From an uncultured Actinomycetes bacterium (GTDB lineage: Bacteria; Actinomycetota; UBA4738; HRBIN12), in assembly GCA_963704885.1 (NCBI GenBank), contig CAVPIB010000008.1, positions 47,654 through 111,653 of the forward strand: a stretch of 64,000 bases of DNA, written 5' to 3'. Of this stretch, positions 28,035 through 37,824 are shown in pieces (position 1 is the first letter of the stretch; every line of letters begins with the position of its first letter). A model generated the notes under the pieces. The model was given only the letters and a program-made list of their open reading frames with translations. It had not been told where the DNA came from and made no database searches. The position numbers were made by a program, and so were the translations under genes.

Positions 28035-28239
28035 TTAGCTCGCGCCGGGCGACTTCCCGTGCATGCGAGGAGCGAACTCGTCGCAGGTGTCCTCGGCTCG
28101 GATGATGCCTCGCACGTACTTGCAGGTGCCGAACGAGGTCCGCGGGAACATGAACTCGCAGATATCGCACCGCACCGTAGCCTGGGGCGCCGGCCCGTAA
28201 CCCGCCGCCTTCTTCGTCAACCCCCACGTCCTTCGGCAT
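28035..28239 (-). CDS. HiPIP-like small 4-Cys protein; apparent 1-nt frameshift in the C5 run at 28221-28225
   Basis: KKAAGY..RCDICEFM..GTCKYVRGII...TCDEF; strong AGGAAGGAG RBS precedes ATG 28239, which is one base out of frame with the Cys-rich ORF (alternative TTG 28220). Confidence 0.55.
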
Positions 28240-28345
28240 CTCGAGCTCCTTCCTTTCGAACCCCCGGGGCCATGCTAGTGCCACCCAGGGCCGTGAATGG
28301 CTTGCTTCCGCCGCGGGGCGGCCGCCCGGTAGCATGAAGGTGTCT

Positions 28346-28419
<74 letters not shown>

Positions 28420-28444
28420 CGGGAGCTAACTAGTCCGTTACGGA

Positions 28445-29677
28445 CTAGTGCCAACCACGGATGCGGCCCGCCTCCGCCACTCGCTCGATGGCTATCTCGT
28501 AGGCGGCGGCGCGGTGCGTGATCGCGTTCTGGTTGGCGCGTTCCATGACCTCGTCCGTTGCGGCCTCCATCAGCTCCTGCAATCGGCCGTTCACTCGATC
28601 CTCGCTCCACCGCTCGCTCTGGATGTTCTGTGCCCATTCCAGGTAGGAGACCGTCACCCCACCACCGCTGCCGAGGATGTCCGGAATGACGGTGATGCCT
28701 CGCGATGCGAGCGTGGCGTCGGCCTCCGGCGTGGTCGGGTAGTTCGCGACCTCGAGCACCAGGGTCGCTTGGATGAGACCCTCGTTGTCCGATCGGATCG
28801 ACTCCTCGAGCGCCGCGGGGACCAGCACGTCGCAGTCGATACCGATGATGTCCGCCCCATCGATCGTTTCCGCTTGCTTGAACCCGACGACGCTCCCCGT
28901 CTCCTGCTTGTGCGCCAAGACGTCGCCGGGGTGCATCCCGTCCGCGTTGTGGATCGTGCCTTTCGTGTCCGACACGGCTACGACCTGGTATCCGAGTTGA
29001 TGCGCCAACACCACGAACCAGGAGCCGGCGTTACCGTAGCCCTCGACTGCCACGCGGATCTTCTCGCGGGTCCAGCCGCGATGGTGGGCGACCCGGTCGA
29101 GGCAGATCAGCGCCCCGCGCCCGGTGGCCGCGTCGCGACCGAGCGAACCCCCCAGTGCAACGGGCTTGCCAGTGATGACGGCTGGCGAGTCACCGTGGAT
29201 CCTCGAGTACTCGTCGTACATCCAGGCCATCTCGCGAGGGCCGGTGTTGACGTCGGGCGCCGGGATGTCACGACGCGGCCCCACGACCATGTCGATCGCG
29301 GCGAAGAACGAACGGCACAGGCGTTGGAGCTCGGCTTCCGTGAGCTGCTTGGGGTCGACCCTGATACCTCCCTTGCCGCCTCCGAACGGAACATCCAGCA
29401 GCGCGGTCTTCCATGTCATCAATGCGGCGAAACACCGGAACTCGTCGAGCGACGCGTTGGGGTGGAACCGCAGGCCGCCCTTGAACGGACCGCGCGCGGC
29501 GTTGTACTGCACGCGCCACCCTTCGAAGATCTGGAGTGAGTCATCGTCCATAGGGACGCGGACCTGCACCGCGACCTCGCGCCGTGGCGTCTGAAGCACC
29601 CGCCGCGCTCCGTCCTCGAGCCCGATCCGGTCGGCCGCCTGCTCGAAGAACCCGTTGACCGCGTCGAACAGCCGCAT
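28445..29677 (-). CDS. gdhA: Glu/Leu/Phe/Val dehydrogenase (probable glutamate dehydrogenase)
   Basis: GPFKGGLRFHP, MTWKTA, PFGGGKGG, PAPDVNT, TGKP..GGSLGR..ATGRG, GGVTVSYLEW. Confidence 0.9.
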   Translation of the reverse strand: MRLFDAVNGFFEQAADRIGLEDGARRVLQTPRREVAVQVRVPMDDDSLQIFEGWRVQYNAARGPFKGGLRFHPNASLDEFRCFAALMTWKTALLDVPFGGGKGGIRVDPKQLTEAELQRLCRSFFAAIDMVVGPRRDIPAPDVNTGPREMAWMYDEYSRIHGDSPAVITGKPVALGGSLGRDAATGRGALICLDRVAHHRGWTREKIRVAVEGYGNAGSWFVVLAHQLGYQVVAVSDTKGTIHNADGMHPGDVLAHKQETGSVVGFKQAETIDGADIIGIDCDVLVPAALEESIRSDNEGLIQATLVLEVANYPTTPEADATLASRGITVIPDILGSGGGVTVSYLEWAQNIQSERWSEDRVNGRLQELMEAATDEVMERANQNAITHRAAAYEIAIERVAEAGRIRGWH

Positions 29678-29754
29678 ATCTGGGCGCTCCCTTCAGGGTG
29701 GAGTGGGGGCGTGCCCCCGCATCGTAGCGCCGCTCGCCGCCGTAGGCTGTCCAG

Positions 29755-30837
29755 GTGACCTTACGACCCACGCTGGACCAGATCGTCCACGCGCCTAAGG
29801 TGCTGCTTCACGACCACCTGGACGGCGGACTCCGCGCCGCGACCATCGTCGAGCTTGCCGATCAGACCGGATACCGGGACCTCCCCACCACCGATCCGGG
29901 GGAGCTGTCGACCTGGATGACGCGCGGGGCCAGCCGCAAGGACTTGGTCCTGTACCTCGAGACCTTCGCCCACACGGTTGGGGTGATGCAGACCGGCGAG
30001 GCGTTGACGCGCGTTGCTCGCGAGTGCGCCGAAGACCTGGCCGCCGACGGGATCGTCTACGCCGAGGTTCGGTTCGCGCCGGAGCTCCATCTCGCAAGCG
30101 GCCTGCAACTCGATGAGGTGGTCGAGGCGGTTCAGGAGGGCTTCCGGCAGGGCTGCGCCGATCGGGCGATCGTGGTTCGCACGCTGCTGACCGGCATGCG
30201 CACCGCCGCCCACAGCTTGGAGATAGCCCAGCTCGCGGTTCGATGGCGCGACCGCGGGGTCTGCGGGTTCGATATCGCCGGGGCGGAGGCAGGCTACCCA
30301 CCGACGCGACATCTGGACGCGTTCGAGTACGTGCGCCGAGAGAACTTCCACTTGACCATCCACGCGGGGGAGGCGTTCGGCCTGCCCTCGATCTGGGAGG
30401 CGCTCCAGCTCTGCGGCGCCGAGCGCCTGGGCCACGGGGTGCGCATCGTGGACGACGTCAAGGTAGACCCGGGCTCTCACGCGACGCTCGGACCGATCGC
30501 CTCGCTGGTGCGTGACCGGCGCGTCCCGCTCGAGCTCTGCCCCACCTCCAACATCCACTCGGGAGCCGCGCGCTCGATCGCCGAGCACCCGATCGGCCTC
30601 CTGTCCGACCTGCGCTTCCGCGTCACGCTGAACACCGACAACCGGTTGATGTCCGCGATCACCTTGAGCCAGGAGATGGCCAACCTGGTCGAGGCGTTCG
30701 ACTTCGGCTGGGACCGTCTGGAGTGGCTGACGGTGAACGCTATGAAGTCGGCGTTCTTGCCTTTCGATGAACGGGTCGCCTTGATCCACGGCGTGATCAA
30801 GCCGGGATACGCGGCGGCACGCGCGGAGTTCGGCTAG
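29755..30837 (+). CDS. add: Adenosine deaminase
   Basis: [43 protein letters not shown]. Confidence 0.95.
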   Translation: MTLRPTLDQIVHAPKVLLHDHLDGGLRAATIVELADQTGYRDLPTTDPGELSTWMTRGASRKDLVLYLETFAHTVGVMQTGEALTRVARECAEDLAADGIVYAEVRFAPELHLASGLQLDEVVEAVQEGFRQGCADRAIVVRTLLTGMRTAAHSLEIAQLAVRWRDRGVCGFDIAGAEAGYPPTRHLDAFEYVRRENFHLTIHAGEAFGLPSIWEALQLCGAERLGHGVRIVDDVKVDPGSHATLGPIASLVRDRRVPLELCPTSNIHSGAARSIAEHPIGLLSDLRFRVTLNTDNRLMSAITLSQEMANLVEAFDFGWDRLEWLTVNAMKSAFLPFDERVALIHGVIKPGYAAARAEFG

Positions 30838-31610
30838 CCCAGGACCTGCACTTCGTCACCCGCCCGCACTAGCCCGGGCTTCTCGATCTCGGCGTACATG
30901 CCGAACGGGATCCCCGTGCGGTTGGGCATCAACCCGCGGTACGCGGTTATGACCTTCAGGGTGTCGAAGTCCTTCAGCCCGGTGTCGGGGTGCTGCGTGG
31001 TGACCACGCATCGGGGCACCTGGCCGTACACGCGCAGCCTCGCCTTACCCATGCGGATCGGGCGCCCTGCCCACGAGTCCTCCTCGTGTGGCGTGCATCC
31101 GCCCAACTCGAACGTCATGCGGAACCTGCGGCCGTCGAGCTCGCCGTCGTATTCCCCGCGCTTCCCCGCCTCGGTCACCGACGCGCTCGATACCAGGGTC
31201 GCGTGATACACGTCGGTCCCGTCGCCGGGACGGTCGCACCGGGCGAGGCGGGCAGGGGTTTCCAGGTAGGCGGAGAGCGCCTCTTCCCAGGGGCCGTCCA
31301 CCACATGCGCTCGCACGGGCCTGCCGTAGAAGTCGGTCACCAGCGGGGCTGCCAGCTCGCTCGCCGGACCCTCGGCCACAGACCCGTCCGGGAACGAGAG
31401 CGACAGGTGGTCGCGCTCTGGGTCATACGCCGGTACGACCGGCTGCGTCGGGTTGCCCAGACGCCCGGCGGGGAACATACGCCCGTGCTCGTCCACCAGG
31501 TAGAAGAGGCGATCACCAGGGACGCCGACGTCCGTGAGCATGACTTCTTCGGGGTGAAGGAGGGCCATGGACTTCACCGGTGTGATCGATATGCGGGCGA
31601 CCTGCGGCAT
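30834..31610 (-). CDS. MOSC domain protein (mARC/YcbX-like)
   Basis: ITPVKS, GDRLF, RRFR, EEDSW, PRCVVTT.HPDTG, FG.YA...G.VRAGD. Confidence 0.9.
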   Translation of the reverse strand: MPQVARISITPVKSMALLHPEEVMLTDVGVPGDRLFYLVDEHGRMFPAGRLGNPTQPVVPAYDPERDHLSLSFPDGSVAEGPASELAAPLVTDFYGRPVRAHVVDGPWEEALSAYLETPARLARCDRPGDGTDVYHATLVSSASVTEAGKRGEYDGELDGRRFRMTFELGGCTPHEEDSWAGRPIRMGKARLRVYGQVPRCVVTTQHPDTGLKDFDTLKVITAYRGLMPNRTGIPFGMYAEIEKPGLVRAGDEVQVLG

Positions 31611-31742
31611 GATCGCAAGAGCCTAACGGACGCCGCGCCGACCACCGCTCGCTGCGGATTTGCCGACGGGTGCCGGGTGCGCATACCATCCGCGCCGGCG
31701 GGACCGGGGCCGTCGCCAGGACATCCGAGGGGGATCATCAGG

Positions 31743-32096
31743 ATGAACGAAGAGCGAGCCCACGACCAGATCGTCGGCGACCTGAACCAGATGCAGGCCC
31801 TGCTCCGTAGCGAGGAACCCATGCAGGCCCAGATGGCCGTGGACGCCGTCACGGTGATCGAGGGCGACGTGTCGCTGCGCGTGGCCGGGATCGCGGAGCG
31901 GGTCACCCGTCTGGAACACGATCTAGCCCGGGTAAGCGCGCAGATCGATCAGGTGGCGCCCGAACGGCACCGCGTGATGGATTGGCAGCAGCTGCCCGAG
32001 TTCAACTTCTGCCCGCAGATCTTCCAGCTGACGCTGGACGACCAGATCGCCTTGCTGCAGGGGACGATCGCAGAACGCCTGGACCGCGAGAACTGA
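31743..32096 (+). CDS. Hypothetical coiled-coil protein (117 aa)
   Basis: C-terminal part of ORF 30990..32096; GAGGGGG upstream of ATG; helical pattern. Confidence 0.55.
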   Translation: MNEERAHDQIVGDLNQMQALLRSEEPMQAQMAVDAVTVIEGDVSLRVAGIAERVTRLEHDLARVSAQIDQVAPERHRVMDWQQLPEFNFCPQIFQLTLDDQIALLQGTIAERLDREN

Positions 32097-32147
32097 CCTC
32101 TCGCGCCGGCTCCGGTCTCGCGGGAGGCGCGTGGTAGCGTCGGTCGC

Positions 32148-32624
32148 ATGGGACCGCAGCCGCATCCGGACATAGAGCCGCTGTCGTTCCTGCTGGGCAC
32201 GTGGCGCGGCGAGGGCAAGGGTGAGTACCCCACGATCCAGCCGTTCGCCTACGGCGAAGAGGTGCGGTTCTGGCACGTGGGGAAGCCGTTCCTCGCGTAT
32301 ACGCAACGCACCTGGGCGCTGGACGACGACCGACCCCTCCACTCCGAGATGGGCTACTGGCGCCCGCAGCCCGGTGGCGCGCTCGAGGTGATCTTGGCTC
32401 ACCCGTTCGGCATAACGGAGATCGAGATCGGCGCCGTCAGCGGCCACCGGGTGGAGCTGATCACGCATTCGATAGAGGGCTCGCCTACGGCCAAGGAGGT
32501 CACCCGCGTGGAGCGCAGCTTCCACGTGGCCGGGGATGTGCTCGGGTACGACCTGCGGATGGCGGCTCTAGGGGAACCGGTTGCCCACCACCTTCACGCG
32601 GAGCTCCAGAGGGTGCCCGAGTGA
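32148..32624 (+). CDS. Nitrobindin/FABP-like (THAP4, DUF1794) heme beta-barrel, copy 1
   Basis: PL.FLLGTWRGEG.G.YPTI..F.Y.EE, LHSEMGYWR, AHPFG.TE, C-terminal HL.AEL. Confidence 0.9.
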   Translation: MGPQPHPDIEPLSFLLGTWRGEGKGEYPTIQPFAYGEEVRFWHVGKPFLAYTQRTWALDDDRPLHSEMGYWRPQPGGALEVILAHPFGITEIEIGAVSGHRVELITHSIEGSPTAKEVTRVERSFHVAGDVLGYDLRMAALGEPVAHHLHAELQRVPE

Positions 32625-33109
32625 GCGAGCTGGCACGCGGCCCGCTGCACGCCGATCTGGAGCCGCTCGCGTTCCTGGTGGGGACGTGGCGCGGTGCCGG
32701 AAGGGGCGAGTACCCAACCATCGAGCCTTTCGACTACGAGGAGGAGCTCACGTTCGAGCACGTGGGCGACACGTTCCTCATCTACCAGCAATCGAGCTGG
32801 TCACCCACGGACGGCGCGCCCATCCATCTCGAGCGTGGGTTCCTGCGGCCGGGCGAGGATGGCCGTGTCGAGCTCACGATCGCTCATCCGCTTGGACTGA
32901 CCGAGGTCTCGGAGGGCGAGCTGGACGGGACCTCGTTCGAGCTGACTTCCAAGGATGTCGGTCGAACCACGACAGGGATGGACGTTATCGAAGTGGCCCG
33001 GCGCTACCGCGTCGACGGCGGCCAACTGACGTACGTAACCGACATGGCGACCGAACGCACGCCGATGGCCATGCACCTCGAAGCGTCGTTGCGGCGGGTG
33101 GGCGAGTGA
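32621..33109 (+). CDS. Nitrobindin/FABP-like heme beta-barrel, copy 2
   Basis: Same motifs (GTWRG.G.GEYPTI, HLERGFLR, AHPLGLTE, MHLEASL); GTGA overlap. Confidence 0.9.
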   Translation: MSELARGPLHADLEPLAFLVGTWRGAGRGEYPTIEPFDYEEELTFEHVGDTFLIYQQSSWSPTDGAPIHLERGFLRPGEDGRVELTIAHPLGLTEVSEGELDGTSFELTSKDVGRTTTGMDVIEVARRYRVDGGQLTYVTDMATERTPMAMHLEASLRRVGE

Positions 33110-35430
33110 CCGACGTGCCGCACGGCTCTCGGGCCGTGACGTACCTGTGGCTGGCGGCGTCGATCGTGGGGATCGCCGCCGGCGCCGCCCTGTGGTTCGC
33201 GGACGAGCACGATGCCGCGAACGTCGCCTGGGCCGTCACTACCGCGGTGGGGCTGCTGCCGCTCACATGGGAGACGCTCGTGAGGCTGTGGCGCCGCCAG
33301 GCAGGCGTCGACCTCATCGCGCTCCTCGCCATGGCTGGGTCGCTCGCGCTGGGTGAGTACCTGGCGGGCGCGGTCATCGCGCTCATGCTGTCCAGTGGGC
33401 AGGCGCTGGAGACCTACGCGGATCGTCGCGCCCACCGGGAGCTGTCCGCGCTGTTGGACCGAGCGCCGCAGCGGGTCACGCGCTACGAGGACGAAGTGCT
33501 GGTGGAGCGTTCGATCGACGACGTTCGTCCCGGCGATCGATTGTTCGTGAAGTCAGGTGAGGTCGTGCCTGTCGACGGCGTGCTCTTGTCCGACGCGGTC
33601 TTCGACGAGTCGGCGCTCACCGGCGAGTCCCGCCCGGTCGAGCGCCTGCAAGGCGACATGGTCCGGTCTGGCGCCGTGAACGCCGCGTCCGCATTGGATC
33701 TTCGGGCCACGGCGATCGCAGCTGAGAGCACGTACGCCGGGATCGTGCGGCTGGTGCGTGAGGCCGAGGAGCAGAAGGCGCCATCGGTGCGGCTGGCCGA
33801 CCGCTACGCGGTCATCTTCATCCCCGTGACGCTCGTGATCGCCGGTGCGGCGTGGCTCTTCTCTGGCGATCCGGTCCGCGCTCTGTCGGTGCTGGTCGTG
33901 GCCACACCTTGCCCGCTGATACTCGCCGTTCCGATCGCGGTGGTCGCCGGCATCTCCCGCGCGGCCCGCCGAGGGATCATCGTGAAGGGTGGCGGTGCGC
34001 TGGAGACCCTCTCGCGAGGAAGTGTGCTCCTATTCGACAAGACGGGCACGCTGACGTCGGGGATACCCCATGTGAGCGACGTCGATGTCTTCGAGGCGCT
34101 CGAAGGCGACGAGGTTCTTCGCCTGGCGGCGTCGCTGGACCAGGTGTCGCCGCACGTGCTCGCCGCAGCGATCGTCCGAGCCTCGCGGGAGCGGCATCTG
34201 GAGCTGTCGTTCCCGACCGACGTCGTCGAACTGCACGGCTCGGGCATAGAGGGGAAGGTAGACGGACACCACGTGGCGATGGGGAAGGCCGCATTCGTGG
34301 CCGGAGGCGCTCCGCTCCCTGCACGGGCCCGCGACGTCCGCCGCAGGACCTCGCTCGACGGTTCGTCGTGCGTGTTCGTAGCAGTGGACGGGGTGGTGGC
34401 CGCCGCGCTCGTGATCGATGATCCGATCCGCCCTGATTCGCCGCGCGTGATCCGCACCCTGCGTCGCGCCGGCATCAAGCGCGTCGTCATGGTGACCGGC
34501 GACCACCCAGACGTCGCGGAGTCCGTTGGCGCCGCCCTCGGGGTCGACCGCGTGCTCTCGGAGCGTGATCCGGCGGAGAAGGTCGACTCCGTGCAGATCG
34601 AACGCGAAGAGGGCGTCACGATCTTCGTGGGCGACGGGTTGAACGATGCGCCCGCGCTCGCCGCCGCGGATGTCGGCGTGGCCATGGGGGCGCGAGGCGC
34701 GACCGCATCGTCGGAGGCCGCCGACGTGGTGCTGGTCGTGGACCGCCTCGATCGGATCGCCGAGGCGATCGCGATCGCGCGCCGTTCGCGCCGGATCGCC
34801 GACCAGAGCGTGTTCATCGGCATGAGCCTGGCGTTCGGCGCGATGTTCCTGGGCGCGTTCGGACTGCTCAAGCCCATCGGGGGCGCGGTGGTCCAGGAGC
34901 TGATCGACGTGTTCGCCATCTTGAACGCGCTGCGGGCGCTCCGCGGCGATGCGGCCCAGCGGCGGCCCGCACCCGGAACCAACGTGGGGGAGAGGTTCCT
35001 GGCCGAACACAAGGAGTTCTACCCCGAGATCCAGCGCATCCGGACCACGGCCGACCGGCTGGGCGAGATGACCCCCGAGGAGACGCGGCGTGAGCTGGAG
35101 GCGGTCCGCCACTTCATCTTGGACCGTCTGCCCGAGCACGAAGAGGAGGAGGAGGCTGTCGTCTACCCCGTGGTGGCCGAGGCCATGGGCGGCGAGGACC
35201 CGCTCTCGAGCATGCACAGAGCGCACCTGGAGATCTCGCACCTGGGGCGGATCTATCAGCAGCTGATCGGCGAACTGCCCCAGGACGGTCCCTCACCCGA
35301 CGATCTGATGGATCTTCGCCGCCTTCTCTACGGGCTGTACGCCATCCTGCGGTTGCATTTCGCGCAGGAGGAAGAGGCTTACGCCTGGCTCGCCTCCGAC
35401 GAAGACTCTCCGGTCGCGGCGTCGCTCTGA
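33106..35430 (+). CDS. P1B-5 heavy-metal P-type ATPase with C-terminal hemerythrin domain
   Basis: TGE, ATPCPL, DKTGTLT, GDGLND, QELID; C-terminal H..HEEEEE..YP..H..HFAQEEE; GTG 33106 overlaps the upstream TGA. Confidence 0.92.
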   Translation: MTDVPHGSRAVTYLWLAASIVGIAAGAALWFADEHDAANVAWAVTTAVGLLPLTWETLVRLWRRQAGVDLIALLAMAGSLALGEYLAGAVIALMLSSGQALETYADRRAHRELSALLDRAPQRVTRYEDEVLVERSIDDVRPGDRLFVKSGEVVPVDGVLLSDAVFDESALTGESRPVERLQGDMVRSGAVNAASALDLRATAIAAESTYAGIVRLVREAEEQKAPSVRLADRYAVIFIPVTLVIAGAAWLFSGDPVRALSVLVVATPCPLILAVPIAVVAGISRAARRGIIVKGGGALETLSRGSVLLFDKTGTLTSGIPHVSDVDVFEALEGDEVLRLAASLDQVSPHVLAAAIVRASRERHLELSFPTDVVELHGSGIEGKVDGHHVAMGKAAFVAGGAPLPARARDVRRRTSLDGSSCVFVAVDGVVAAALVIDDPIRPDSPRVIRTLRRAGIKRVVMVTGDHPDVAESVGAALGVDRVLSERDPAEKVDSVQIEREEGVTIFVGDGLNDAPALAAADVGVAMGARGATASSEAADVVLVVDRLDRIAEAIAIARRSRRIADQSVFIGMSLAFGAMFLGAFGLLKPIGGAVVQELIDVFAILNALRALRGDAAQRRPAPGTNVGERFLAEHKEFYPEIQRIRTTADRLGEMTPEETRRELEAVRHFILDRLPEHEEEEEAVVYPVVAEAMGGEDPLSSMHRAHLEISHLGRIYQQLIGELPQDGPSPDDLMDLRRLLYGLYAILRLHFAQEEEAYAWLASDEDSPVAASL

Positions 35431-37802
35431 GACCGGATCCCCTCACCGCCGCCGCCGTCTACGGCGTCGATCGGCTCTGGTAGGTAGCCGGCAGGTCGGT
35501 TGGGGAGGAACACGCGGAACGAGGCGCCGCCCCCAACGCGCTCCTCGACCCAAGCGCTCCCGTCGTGCAACTCCGCGAAGCGCGCCACGAGGGCCAGCCC
35601 CACGCCCACACCGGGCGCGTGACGTGATGTGTCACCCCGCAGGAACGCCTCGAAGATCCGTTCGCGCTGATCCGGCGGAACGCCTGGGCCGTCGTCCTCG
35701 ACCACGATGAGGGCGCCGCCCTCCCAGGGGAGCACCCGCACCCAGATGCGCGCGGTGACCGGCGTGTGCTTCACGGTGTTGCCTAGCAGGTTCTCGACGA
35801 TGCGCTCGACCTTGGCGGCGTCGACCGCGATCACCACGGAGTCAGCTTTCAGGTCGACCGCCCTGTCCGCTACCAGGTCGGAGTTGACGACCAGCTCTCG
35901 GACGAGTTCGCCAACGTCCGTCGGCCGGAAGAGCGGCTCCACGATCCCTCGTGAAAGACGATCCAGATCCAACAGATCCGTCACCAGGCGATCGAGCTTC
36001 CGGGCGTTGCGGGCGATGCGCATGGCCAGGTCTCGCGACTCGGCCTGCGACACGTCCACGTCTTCGCGGGCCATGGTGATCGCCAGGCCCAAGATCGCCG
36101 CGAGCGGTGTCCTCAGGTCGTGCGACACCGCCTGCAGGAACGTGTTCTTCATCTCGTCAACGACCCGCAGGCGCTGGGCCGTCTCTCGCTCCAGCTCCAG
36201 GTCGCCCTCCAACTCCTGCGCCCGTCGGTTCTCGGTGATGTCGATCAGAACGCCCTGCCAGTACTTGGGTTCGCCGTTCTCGTCCGTGATCAAACGAGCC
36301 TGGTCGTGCACCCACACGACCCGGCCGTCCTTGGCGATCATGCGATACGTGGCGTCGTGCACGCCCACAGACTCTGGAGCGTGGGCCGCACGTTCGACGT
36401 CCTCGGGATGGACGAGTCTGTCGAACAGGTCGTCGTCGTCGTACCAATCCTGCGGCGTGTAGCCGAGGATCGTCGTGGACTGCGGACTCATGTACAAGGT
36501 GTATGGCCTCTCGACCGAGTCGAGATAGGTGATGGCTGGCGTCTGCTCCACGAGGGCTCTGTATCGAGCCTCGGCCTCCGAGAGCTGAGCCTCGGCCTCC
36601 TTGCGCGCGGTGATATCGCTCATGACGCCCTGCCAGTACTGGGGGTTGCCCTCGTCGTCGCGAACCAGCACGGCTTCGTCGCGGATCCAGACCAGATGCC
36701 CGTCCTCCGCGAACATCCGATACTCCACGGAGAAAGGCTCCCCGGTCTCATCGACCCGCTCGTTCAGAGCGCGCACGGTCCCGCGGTCATCTGGGTGGAT
36801 GCGACCCAACCAATGAGTGTCCGGGTCGGCCAGCCACTCCTCCGGCGATACCCCAAGGATGTCGGTGACGCGGGCGTTGATGTAGGTGAGATCCAGGTCT
36901 CCCTCGCTGATGGATTCGGAGTAGACGATGGTTGGCAGTTGCTCAACCAACGCGCGGTAGCGCATCTCCGTCTCCCGCGCGCGCAGCTCGCTCTCGCGCT
37001 GCTTGGTGACGTCGTACATGATCCCCTGCCAATAGATCGGCCGTCCCCGTTCGTCGCGGACCAGGACGGCCTCGTCACGGAACCAGGTCGTGGCGTCGTC
37101 CTCGCCGATCATCCGGTACTCGGCGCTGAAGGGCCGTTCCGCCTGCTCCGCCTGCAGGTACTCAGTGCGGACGCGTTCGAGGTCCTCGGGATCGAACCGC
37201 TGCCAGCGTGCGGCGGGATCGGCCATCCACGCGCCCGGGGTGAAGCCCAGGATCGTCTCGAGCTGAGGGCTCACGTACAGCAGTGGGCGGGTCCCGGTCT
37301 GTTCGTCCTCGACCGCCTCCAGATAGACGATCGCCGGCAGACGCTCGACCACGGTCCGGAAGCGATCCTCAGCCGTCCACCGTTCGGCTTCCAGCAGTTT
37401 CTGCTTCGTGATGTCGACCATCAGTCCGCGAACGAGGGTGGGCCGGCCCTCCACGTCGCGGACCACGTGGCCGAGGTCCCGCAGCCACACGTCCGAGCCG
37501 TCTTTGGCTTGGAACCGATACTCGGTGTCGAAGCTCCACCCGGCCGTGGCGGCGCGCACGAACTGCGCTATCACGCGCTCGCGGTCTTCATCGTGGATGT
37601 GATCGGCCCAGAACGCGGGTTCTGCCAGCCACTCCTGCGGCGTGAATCCCAGTATCTGGGTGGATCCACCGCTGACGAACGTGAACAGCATGGTGCGTGC
37701 GTCGGCCTCCCAGACGATCCCGTCCAGGTCGGATATCAGGCTTCGCACCCGGCGCAGTTCGCTGCCGGGGCTCGACATCGGGGGGTGTTGAGCCATGTCC
37801 AC
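35379..37802 (-). CDS. Soluble sensor histidine kinase with four PAS/PAC domains
   Basis: Four YVSP/HPDD/EYR..DG..W/QG...DIT repeats; SHDLRTPL; N, DDGPG and GVGLA boxes. Confidence 0.93.
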   Translation of the reverse strand: MDMAQHPPMSSPGSELRRVRSLISDLDGIVWEADARTMLFTFVSGGSTQILGFTPQEWLAEPAFWADHIHDEDRERVIAQFVRAATAGWSFDTEYRFQAKDGSDVWLRDLGHVVRDVEGRPTLVRGLMVDITKQKLLEAERWTAEDRFRTVVERLPAIVYLEAVEDEQTGTRPLLYVSPQLETILGFTPGAWMADPAARWQRFDPEDLERVRTEYLQAEQAERPFSAEYRMIGEDDATTWFRDEAVLVRDERGRPIYWQGIMYDVTKQRESELRARETEMRYRALVEQLPTIVYSESISEGDLDLTYINARVTDILGVSPEEWLADPDTHWLGRIHPDDRGTVRALNERVDETGEPFSVEYRMFAEDGHLVWIRDEAVLVRDDEGNPQYWQGVMSDITARKEAEAQLSEAEARYRALVEQTPAITYLDSVERPYTLYMSPQSTTILGYTPQDWYDDDDLFDRLVHPEDVERAAHAPESVGVHDATYRMIAKDGRVVWVHDQARLITDENGEPKYWQGVLIDITENRRAQELEGDLELERETAQRLRVVDEMKNTFLQAVSHDLRTPLAAILGLAITMAREDVDVSQAESRDLAMRIARNARKLDRLVTDLLDLDRLSRGIVEPLFRPTDVGELVRELVVNSDLVADRAVDLKADSVVIAVDAAKVERIVENLLGNTVKHTPVTARIWVRVLPWEGGALIVVEDDGPGVPPDQRERIFEAFLRGDTSRHAPGVGVGLALVARFAELHDGSAWVEERVGGGASFRVFLPNRPAGYLPEPIDAVDGGGGEGIRSQSDAATGESSSEASQA

Positions 37803-37824
37803 GGCGAGTGTGGCGGTTCCGTCC

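Noticed and set aside
32581-33105. N-terminal extension of the P-type ATPase (949-aa ORF)
   Set aside because: Overlaps nitrobindin 2 in another frame; GTG 33106 with GTGA coupling is the better start.
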